Positions 45,404-56,606 of a stretch of DNA of 64,000 bases are shown in pieces. The notes beneath the pieces are model-generated. The model did no database searches, was not told where the DNA came from, and saw only the letters and a list, made by a program, of their open reading frames with translations. The position numbers were made by a program, and so were the translations under genes. This DNA comes from Trichinella spiralis (Eukaryota): assembly GCF_000181795.1 (NCBI RefSeq), contig NW_003526941.1:5371053-5435052 (forward strand), written 5' to 3'. How positions within the stretch are numbered: position 1 is the first letter of the stretch; each line of letters begins with the position of its first letter.

Positions 45404-47263
45404 ATGCAGCTGATTTCGACCATTCGAAGAAGAGCATACCATACAATAGTAAACAGTTCTTGGCTTGCTGAAAAGTTGGCGAATTCAAATGAGAAAAATC
45501 TGCGAATTTTACACGCTTCAAGAGAAGGATGTGGCGATTATGCGGAAAAGCATATTCCAAAATCAGTCTGCTTCGATTTGAAGCGAAGTCAAAATAAGAA
45601 CAGTCCATACAACTTCATGCTTCCGGAAAGCGATTTTTTCTCCAAGTAGGTCATTCATTAGGTCATCAGTATTCCCCTGTTTTTTTTCTAGCGCTTAATG
45701 TGCTTCTTTGTGCGGACGCGACCTCCACATAGCACATGTGCTAGTTTATTCTGCACGCGCATATATGGAAAATTGAATATGAAGCTGCTTTTCAAATGCA
45801 TAAATTCTACGTAAATACTTTGCAGTTAGGGCTAACTTAATTTCAAATACCTTTTTTATGATTTAATTGTTTTTTCAGAATAGAATTATTTCCACTTAAA
45901 TGAAATCGTCGAATAATTATTACACTGCCTACACATAAACGAATATATAATATTAGAAATAAATTATAAAAATGCGTATTTTTTTCTTTTATTTTCCAGC
46001 TGCTGAAGTTTTATTTTTATCACAAAAAACAGGAAGTAAATATTTACAGTAGAAAGGTAATTTTCAGGTGTTTGTGTAATTTTCTCTAGCAAACACTGAA
46101 TAATAAGAAAATAGTTGCTAGATTGATAATAAGTTTTTAACAATAAGATACCTTATGTATTAATCAATCAATCTGATAACAAATTACACGCTGAATGTCT
46201 GAAGCTTCTCTAGGCATTGTAGTGCAGTTTAATAAAAATGGTATTTCCCATTGAACCACAGATGTGAATATTTCAGACCATTTACGATTAAAGTGATTGA
46301 TTTTCTTATTCAAGCCTTCTTTGTATGTAAAGATTTTAAAAGTGAACCTTTCACGTAGGTATGTTGGCAACGAACTAGGAATAACAGCAGACGATCATCT
46401 AGTTGTATACGATTCGGGTACCAGTGCTCCCAGTTTGGAGTTGGCCGCCAGAGTGTGGTTTACTTTTCGTTATTTCGGCCATAAATCAGTGTCGGTCCTC
46501 AACGGAGGTTTATTCAATTGGATGAAAGAGCAAAATCCCATAACGAAAGACCAGCCAGAAGTATGCTACTTTTTGCATCAAATTCTTTGTTGTTACCCTC
46601 TGTGAACATGTAAAAATGCCCAAACTACACTAAATATTACAATTCTTTCTCAAAACAGAATTCAAGCTGTTTAAATTTAAACATAATATAATGTAAAGAA
46701 TATCTATATACACCATTTAATTTAAGGTGGAGAAAAGAAATTACACATGTCGCGAACAGCGCAGTTTGGTTGTAACATATGAAGAAATATTAGACAACTT
46801 AGATGAAGAAGATCAGCAAATTATTGACTGTCGTGCACCGAATTTATTCCGTGGAGACACTACCATGTCAAGTACTAGAGGAAAAAGAAATTTTGAATTT
46901 TCTAATCATCATCACTTTTTAACAGGCATCAGTGGACACATTCCTGGTGCTATCAATGTTCCTTTGACGCGTCTGGTTGATCCTGATTCAAAGCTAATCT
47001 TGGATAAAGACAAACTGATTTCCATTTTCGAAAACGCTGGTGTAGATTTGCATAAAAGCGTCATCTGCAGTTGCAACAGCGGTATACAAGCATGCGGCAT
47101 TTTGCTACTACTGAGCACTCTTGGAAAAAAAGACATAAAGCTCTACGATGGTATTATTATAGATTTCAATCAGCACATTTTACGGTCAGCAATTCTGATA
47201 GTTTTAGGTTCATGGACGGAGTGGTCCCAACGCGCAGATCCCGAGAATGTTGAAGTGGATTAG
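45404..47263 (+). CDS. Two-domain rhodanese sulfurtransferase (TST/MPST family)
   Basis: Exons approx 45404-45646, 46359-46560, 46727-46870, 46927-47150 and 47208-47263. Motifs HIPKSVCFD, HLVVYD, AARVWFTFRYFGH..VSVLNGG, IIDCRA..F.G, GHIPGAINVP, active loop CNSGIQAC and LYDGSWTEW. Confidence 0.92.
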
Positions 47264-48066
47264 CGGTAAAATGTTACGTCGCGATGACAATCCACCTTAC
47301 TGTTATCAATGCAGTCACCGAACCTGGTTCGAAAAACCGTGATTAACTTTCAGAAAGCGCTTTACATTATTACAGCACCACTTGGTGCGTAGAAATGTGA
47401 ATTCTATCTTAGTAATGAGCATACCTTAATACAACTCAGTACAGAGTAGAGCACCGTAGAGCACATTATATTTATTTGAATTGTGTATTAATATCAAATA
47501 GAAATATTTGAATATCTTACCATATTTAGTAGTCTTCATTGAATGAATGGCAGCCAGTTGAACCGCTTCGTACCAATAAAACTAATCTTACGTATTTGCT
47601 GTAACTGTTTTGAATAATCAAGTACTAATACTACTGTATTTACAAAATTTAAATATTTTTGCATAAACTTTAAATTTTGATGTGCAATATGAAGAAAATA
47701 ACAAATGATGAAAGAAAGTATTATCAGCCTGAACAGGGGGGGGGCGTTGCTTTGACAATGTGATTGAAGCCACTTCTTCGAAAATTGATAATGCTATAAT
47801 GATAAATTGATTACAAGCTTGAAAAGCTCGAGTTTATCAGTGATGTTATTAAAATTGACGCATTTATCCAAATAGAAAAGGTTTATTCATTTGAAGCGTA
47901 TGATAATTATCAATTTTTAAGTGTGAATAAAATAAACAACTTTATTAGCTTTGTTCAAGTAAGTACACAGTGAAAATGAAATACTTTCAGAAAATTATAA
48001 GCTCGAAATAGTAGAAGTAACTAAATAATTTGAACAAGAAAAAGAAAATGCACTGTTTTCAGCAGC

Positions 48067-51000
48067 TCAACACCACGCTTGTTTGAGTTCTTTGTTTTTG
48101 GCCAACTTTCGACTGAACACCGCCGCACAAGTCAAACCAAGAAGCACCACTGTGATCAACCAATGGTCAAAATCTTCTTTCAAAATGTCGAAAGTTCCAG
48201 CCGGATTAATTCGTGTAAAAAACAAATCTGCATAAATAAATAAATAAATTTTTTGAATATTATTAAAAGTAAATAAAGAAGAAAACAATTTACCCAATCC
48301 GTAAATAAAAACCAGCGACGTGGATTCCATTCCAGACGGTGCGGTGTGAATACCGCGGACGCTCAACAAAGTTTGATTATAATTGATGATGTGATCCGTA
48401 GCAATTGGAAGGTCCGGTGTGTACGGAATCACGCCTTCTTCTCTGTAAAAAACAGAAATGGAAAGTTACTCAACATTAAACAGAAAAAAAAATTTAAAAA
48501 CTGACTTCAATTCAGGCGTGATGTTCACTGTTCTTCTTGGATCAAGAAAAGCTTTGGGAATTTCAACCACACCCCCAAACGGCATGGCCAACAGAATAAA
48601 CCGTGGAGTAATGGCCTTTTCAGTTTCACTGACCGCAACCGCGCTCAAACCCTGAGGAAAGATGTATGTCTGGTGATAAACAATCGGCTGCAGTTGTCGA
48701 TAAGAGCTAAAGGACAACGGATCGCTCTGACTCTCACCTTCGTACATCTCGACAACACTAATTTCCATTCGTCGATATTTTTCATTCCAAAATGTGTACT
48801 GTAAATTGTATGAATGAAATAACAACAAGAATACAAAGAAAAACGAAATATTTACAATAATCCAATTTTCGCACAACAACAATCGATAAGGGCCAAGCGA
48901 TCTTTTCTGTTTAGCAACGTAAATTATGTTACCCGCAACGGCATCGAAAATCGTCACAGTAATGTCATCTGAAACAATTTTTACACCTTAAACTGAAACA
49001 AAAGTATAATAAATAATAAATAAAGCAAATACCTTTCGCTCGATCGTCAACAGTTCGAATCAACGACACACCCAAGTTGGGATTCAGATATTTATACAGT
49101 ACGCTGCGATTACCCAACACCCTTCCCTGAGAATGTACTTTAGCTGAAATTTCAAAACCAAAAGAAAAAAACAAGACTATTTTAAATACATAAACCGTTT
49201 AAAAAATTTACCGTCTAAAGATTTAATCTGAAAATCGACAATTTCACTATCGGAATCAGGTAAAAAATTCAACGTCCATGTTTTTTGTACATTCCATTGT
49301 TGCAGACGAGGTATTCGATTAGCTTCATCGCCAAGAGTGGTCAGTTGAAAACCATTACAAACGCCAGTTTTACGATCTAATTTAACCACGGAAATCGGTT
49401 TCTTCAATAGCACACTTTTATCAATAGCAGAATTGGAAAAAATGTAAGCCTACACAAAGCCAACAACTTCATCATTATTATATAAAAAATAAAAAACAAA
49501 AAATAATACAATACGTGATCGTTCTCTTTATCCATTAGTAACAACACGCTGGCTTGTTTGTCATCTTTAAAGGGAAGCAACGATGCTTGATCCACAGTAA
49601 AATTTAAATAAATCTCATCAAATACATCTCCTGTAATTGGATTGAATGTAACAATTAAAGCATTTCCAGAATGCTAAAACAGAAATAAAAATAATGCAAC
49701 AAGAAAATTAGAAGAAAAAAAAAACAAATCATACTTTGTGCTTCATAACAACAGCACACTGAGCAGGATGAGGATAAAAAGCTGTAGTTCGTTGAATGAA
49801 TATTGGAAACCAAATCTGACTGTGCGTAAAAGGCACTGCATCTCTGATGTATAATTTCCACAATACATCCCCGTGTGAGCTGTCAATTCCAAATATCTAC
49901 AGCATATGCAGCAATGCTGATTTAAACAGTATTATTGTAAACAATATTGATGTTGTTAATTTAACACAGTTTAAATTTTAAAATAGTTCATATTACCGTT
50001 CCTGAACTTGTAGAAGCGACGATCATTTTGTGAAGACCAAACTGATCCCTTTCGAGACGATTTTTCGTCCGATTTCGTAATAAATGCAAGCCAAAGATAT
50101 CCGCCAGTCCGAATACGTCGCTGAATAAATGTACGATGTAAGTTTGAAGTTGGAATATTTCACTGAAAATGCGCTTCACAAAGTTGTACAAAATATTTCC
50201 TAAAAATTCATCTGTTATTTTTGAAAATTCGAACGACATTTTCATGTATTTGCCGTCGAAGTTCAAAAATTCTTGCTCAATGAGAGTTTCTGTTTCAGAT
50301 AGGGGCAAATCTACAATTTCCACGGATGCAATTTTCGCCAATGCTTCGTAACGTGTCCAAATCACTTCTCCTATACAATCAATAGTTCGATTCAAATAAT
50401 CATATGAAAAACTGATAAAATACAAAATTATAAAACTTACCCGACTCTTTCATCATCAACATTGTGTGATCTTCAGTTAAAATCACAATCAAAAAATAAC
50501 TTCCTTTTTCATCCGCTTTTAAAAGCTGCACCTGAATATTAAAATTCAAAACAATAAAAACGATTTGCAAAATCAAACCAAAAAACAAGATTTGATCTTG
50601 AGAATTCTTACAGTAGGAATGAAATTAAAAAAGTTTTTTCACTATGAAAATCACTTCTTATTGCGAACAACTTAATACAAATCATTCATACACACCTGAA
50701 TAACATCAGCTGCCAAAATGGATGAATCAATGGGACTTTTGAAGCTCCCTTGATGTGCACCACTTTCATCAAATATGTCGACAGAAATATTATTATCATC
50801 AGCTACTACCCAAATAGCAAGCATCGATGACACCAGCTGAACGCCAGAAATCAGCGAATCCTACATTAAGCAAAAAGGAAATGAATTTAAAGCGTTTTAA
50901 AAGTACAAAAAAAATATTGTGTTGACTTTACATTAACAACACGAACAACTCGTTCGACAAACTTTCCATTGATAGATTCATAAAAGCATCGTACAGCGGA

Positions 51001-52208
51001 AACTGTGCGAATGCAAAAACAGTTAGACGAAAATGCATCAATTTCTGATATCATTTCAACCTATCAGTATAAAAATTTAAATTCAACATTAAAGAGGAAG
51101 AATTATTTTGAAAAAAATTTCAAAATATGTACCTTTTCTGCAAGTTCAGTATCTTCACCTGAAATTATATCGTACGCGTGAAGCGAACCAGCATTTGAAG
51201 AGCAGTATATTATAAAATGACCTACCAGTTTGGCTCTAAATAAATAAGCATAAGTTTAAAAAAAATTTTTTTTAAATTAATTAGTATAAAATTTTACTTC
51301 AAAAAAGGTGCAACAAATTTTGACAATAAGCGTTGGTCATCAGAGTTGACGGCATCTATTTCAAAAACTTCCACACTTTTACCGTCACCCAGCGCAACAA
51401 GGACATTCTCTGATTTCGAATCAATTCCAATATTTTGCCAAAGAATGTTTGTTTCATTGTGCAATTTTCTTGTCCACAATTGCTTTCCTTCCAAATTGAA
51501 GGCATGCAGCTTGTCACAAGCAAGAATAAAAACAGTATCCGAAGATTCGCGAATATCTATCCTTCAATAACATACAACCAATATTTTAAAGAAACAATAA
51601 AAAAATAATACATAATTAAAATCGAAGATGCAAAAATACATACAGTTCGCATGGTAAATTTTGCAGTTCCGCTTCACGCAAAAGAGCTCCATTTGCACTG
51701 TCGAACTTTTCCATAAGTGTACCATTACTTCTGACAGAAAAAAGCCCTAAAACATATGAACATATAAATATAAATAAAAACATAAACATCGAATCAGTGA
51801 ACATACCGTTTCTTGAAATGTGCAAATAATTAACAGTTCCTCGACTGCCAGCTTCAAAAACTAATCGCCATACTTAATAAAAAAAGTAAATTGTACATAC
51901 ATTATCAAAACAACAAAAATTCTTTTTTCTACATACCCAATTTACCAGATTTGACATCAATTCGACCCAGGGCATTTTGGTCAGAATATATGAACATACA
52001 TTCGGGAGAATGCGATCGCCTGTGGTGCTGCACTTTCAAAATCACTGGATAACCGAGTAGCTGTTTCCGCCTAGCAATGTAATTATAAATTACAAAGTCC
52101 ACAAAATTGCATTTCAAACTTTTACCAGTCAAATTTTCCAGCTTGATCTTCATAAAGAGCATCAACAGAAGGCATTAAAAGTATGCAACCCAACAAACAG
52201 CGAATCAT
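48067..52208 (-). CDS. EMC1: ER membrane protein complex subunit 1
   Basis: Multi-exon. It starts MIRCLLGCILLMPSVDALYEDQAGKFDW and includes WTRYEALA, RDQFGLHKMIV, VHSQGRVLGNRSVLYKYLNPN, FLDPRR, PSGMESTSLVFIYGLDLFFTR..FDILKEDFD, then a TM and LKQAW. Confidence 0.95.
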
Positions 52209-53073
52209 AAGATAATGTTGCTGATGGTTATAAACAACTACAAAAAAAGGCAAGCACATTAATATGAATGCATTTATCACATTTCCATTCACTAATAAAA
52301 CCGCTACAAAATTTATACTGCTCGATTCAAATAAACTTCAAATATGACAGTCCGCATTCTGAGTTACAAATAAAACACATTTACCACCAACCTTTCAAAC
52401 AAAAAATAATTACAACCTTCGATACAATAAATATGCAAACTATGTTCAAAAAAATAATTCACTCTTTTGTGTTCCATATAAGATTTTATAAAATTGAATT
52501 TCGCTATTTTAGGAAGAAATTCATCCTAAAGCATCCCGCTTAAAAGACAAAAAATTATTTTTATATGATTTTCGGATATGAGCATCTGCTATCAATAATT
52601 CAAACAAATACATGTACTTAGAAACAAGAAAATTGTTTTTTAAAAAAGTCTTCATCACACACTATATTACAGCAAAAAAAGTGGGTTTGCTCGTTTGAAC
52701 ATAATAAATTTCCCATGTTCAATATAAATTATCGTTTAATACCAAACCACATTTGATATAATATTCACAGAACAAAATAAACATACAATTGGAGAAACCA
52801 TATGTACACTTTAAAAGGAGTTTATCTGTTTTTCTACAACATATAATAATAGGATTGTTAATAATAGAGACGAACAATAATGTTCATTCAAACAAAAGCA
52901 AGTTATACAATTGGGTGAACGGTTAGCGCGATTTTCTAATTAACCAATCAGAGCAATCTGCCGTTTCAGTTGAACCTGTACCGTAAAAATTTCTCAGTTG
53001 ATCACTAGCTTTCCAACCTTGATCCTGCATAACAACTTTCTCTCTCTGTCTGAGGAACAATTTCGTTGCAACG

Positions 53074-53794
53074 ATGTCTGACAACAAAGAAAATATGCCA
53101 TTATTGAACGATGAATCTATCGTCGAAATATGTCCGTTCTGCAACAGAAGAACTGCATCATGGTATGCATATACATTACACTTTTCTTAATCTGAAGTTA
53201 CCACTTCCCACTCCAGTACGTTACTAATTTCATTCAACTTCTATTCACAGGGCAAGACTTATTGAAAGACTTTCAAGTGAACCACCTGCTCCGTATCATA
53301 CAGATCTATATCGAGAAAGCTTCAATCATTATTTACTTGATTTGCGTTACTTGAAAAGCCAGATAATGAAAATTGTAGAAAGAATTTCCAAGTGTGTAAG
53401 TTTCACCTTTTATTTCCTTTTGCAGCACTTTCCATTTAACATTTCTTTCCTTCAGATCATTCACTTCAGTCAAGATCCAGACCGCATTTTGCAAGCAGAA
53501 ATCGATCCTGAATCTGTTCATCTAACCAATGCAGTACATTTTTTTGTTTATAACTATTCATAATATAAAGTATAAATATATGTACGTAATTTCAGGAAAT
53601 TTCTCTTATTATTGAAGTACGAGAATCAATTCCACAATTGAAACTGCTGCTTCATTTATATTCCGAGGCTCAGAGATTGCTGTACGTGCTTACAAGAAGA
53701 AGAAATTGTTAACAAAAGTTTAATAAAATTATTTATTTTCAGAAACATTCAGCTTACACGTGCAATCGCATCTGGTCGACGTAGACGACAATAA
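53074..53794 (+). CDS. Uncharacterised 149-aa protein (5 exons) with N-terminal KEN-box-like motif and CxxC
   Basis: Exons 53074-53162, 53251-53395, 53456-53533, 53596-53681 and 53743-53794. All introns are GT-AG with cag acceptors and the phases match (2,0,0,2), giving a 450-nt stop-free ORF from ATG to TAA. Confidence 0.7.
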
Positions 53795-55071
53795 TTATGT
53801 TGAAAGACCAAACTACAACGAACTGGAAATTTACACAAAGAAAGCATATAACTTATTAGTAATTATACCTACAGGAATATATAACTTATTATACCTGCTC
53901 ATATCATACCCATTCGTAAATATCCATCCGAATACTTTTTCCTATACAACTACTCATTATACGCTTTTCATTTTACATAAACTACAACGTTGTAGTTTTT
54001 CTATTTAAATTCAAATAAATATATTTATTATAAAACTGATTCGGTTGTTTTGATATGCAATATGAACAAATGGCAAATAAACACATCTTAACAAATTCTG
54101 ATGAAATAACAATAAATATATTGCAAACTTAAATATTCCAAATGCAGCACAAATATCTTATCTTAAAAAACTATATTCAAACTGTTTGAAATAGGAAAAT
54201 TTTATGCACACGTTACAAGCATACTTAATATTAATAAATTACTTAAATTGAAAACAGATTTTTAAAGCATAATGTTAAAATAAATCTCATTTTTCATTAT
54301 ACAACTAAAAGTGATCGACACAATAATTATAACGACAATTAAATCCAGGTACAACTCAACTTATAGTGCTGAAATGTTACATATCTATATTGAATACCAT
54401 GTACAAATACTTTACAAAACACGTAACTCTGGCTAATTGTTCAACCTAGCATCAAACGGTTAACCTGGATTTCGACAAAACAATGCGCTTATCACTCTAG
54501 TACATCTGACACGTGCCATATTATTTTAGTTAATTGGCTTTGTGAAAAATTCATAATCCATGACTGTTTGGAAAAAGTTTGCCACTAACAAAGAGCAGAT
54601 TTGATTCAAAGAGCTTAACCTAATTGCACAAGCATACGCCTTTATTACAGTATGGGTCTTTGAGGAAATTCAGATAATTGCACTGACACTGAAAATAACC
54701 TTCTTGAAAGATAATTATATGGATTTCAGTGATAAAAATCACTACAGACCGATGTCTGTATCTGATAAAATACTTCAATCAAAAACAATGAATGCACTCT
54801 TTTATTAACTCTTGAACAATCAAGCAAAAATATTATCCACAAAAACTTGTATTACATAAACGATTGTTATCAACCTATCTTATACAAGCAAATACAAAGA
54901 TATATGAAAAGCAACTGCTCAAAATCGGTCGCAGATATGACCGCGCCAACGGAAAAAAATATTCTATGGCCATTTCTAGGAAGATATGAAAAACAACAGC
55001 TACCATCAATTAGGAATTCTGCTAAAATAGAACGATAAAGTTTTCATGGAATTCAGAAGTTCATTTCACCA

Positions 55072-55107
<36 letters not shown>

Positions 55108-55693
55108 ATCTCAGTCTTATAGGTAGTACACTTTGTTCGAATAATCATTATGATAAGATTAGTAATAAGTGGAATAAAATTTTTAAATATGCAATAAATA
55201 ATGTGATGGAAGAACGAAAAAGTAAAGTTAACCTTCGTCTAGCAGTTAAAGTAAACTTTCATATCATGTCATATCACAACATGTTGATATTTTGCCACAT
55301 GCACACAAAACAAATATGTATGTGGAAGTAAATGTATTCAATGTTTGCGTTGATTTGCACCAAATTGGCACATGAGGATGAGTCAAAAGAAAGCAATGAA
55401 AAATAGGTAGTGTTGGCGATTGGTCGTTTACACCAATGTGGGATTATTTTCCAAGTGGCTAATTCCAACAAATTGTGCAACAATTGGAAGATCTTGTTGT
55501 TGACGTCTTCGGACGTTGTTTTACTTTGTGAGGGAAACTTTGCATTATTGCACTAGCAAACCAGAATAGTGCATAAGCTATTTAATAGAAAATTCAAGTC
55601 TGCAAATTCCATTTTCTCTTATTGCTGTGCTTAACGTTAACTTCCTTGTATTCTTCATCATCATCGTTGCTTTGAGATTTCTCAGAGACGGAG

Positions 55694-55815
55694 ATGGATA
55701 ATGATATAATTCAGTTCGTAACTGCCCAAAGGAACCAACAAAAATTAGCATACAGCGGTCAGTGTAGTGCTGCATCCTGAAGCGCACAAACCGCAATGAC
55801 AAATGTTCGAGTTAC
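55694..55815 (+). mobile_element. Decayed FLYWCH/MULE-type transposon-derived fragment
   Basis: Reads MDNDIIQFVTAQRNQQKLAYSG, then after a frameshift CILKRTNRNDKC. This resembles the start of a FLYWCH zinc finger (F..s.rg..L.y.G..y.......W.C). It is frameshifted and truncated. Confidence 0.5.
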
Positions 55816-56464
55816 GGAGTCCAGCAGCGACGAATAGATTAAATCCTAATGAAATTAGTACAGAACATTTTTTAAGTCCCATATCTTATCATACTCCTGC
55901 ACCTCCTAGATTCACAGTAAAATTTAAATAAACCGTACATAAACCTTACCTTTTTGTCCAATGTATATATTGTAATACTGATTTGTTCGTTGTTGATTAT
56001 TTATTAAGGAGCATTTTTTTAAATCACGTATAACACTTCTTTATTGCCATGTTCATGTAAAGTAAGACATCTTTTTAAATTTTGTTCTTGAAAATATGCA
56101 CAGAAAATTCTCAGCAAATGTAAAGAAGTTAAACACTGGTTATGAGCATACTTACTTTACAATAGCTATAATTCGTTTAACGCAATAAAAGTTATCTATC
56201 ACTAATCCACATTATATATATATATAAAAGAAAAATTTTGTTATAAAAATTGGGAAATGTGATTATTTATGTCCACATGAGGGAATTTAATGGCGAAGCA
56301 CTCCATATTTGAGAAAACTTTGATGGAAAACAATCATCCAATCAATGATCAAATCTGAGTGACTAATCAAATGCCACAAGTTATTCGACCAATTAGTAAT
56401 GAGAAATGGATAACTAATAAAATAGCAAAACTAATTAGCCATTTACCGACCTATCGCCGTACAG

Positions 56465-56488
56465 CCAATCAGTGACTCGCCAATCACC
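56465..56488 (+). promoter_or_regulatory. Two closely spaced CCAAT boxes upstream of the carotenoid-oxygenase-like gene
   Basis: agccaatcag and cgccaatcac lie about 120-140 bp before the first ATG (56607). Confidence 0.3.
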
Positions 56489-56606
56489 AAAACGGGAAGG
56501 AGTTCGGGGAAACGGACAAAAACGGACAAGCCCATCAAAAACTTTAAATATCAGAAAACTGACCATTAAAAAGGAAGCCAAAATTTGACGAATAGCACGC
56601 ATTACA

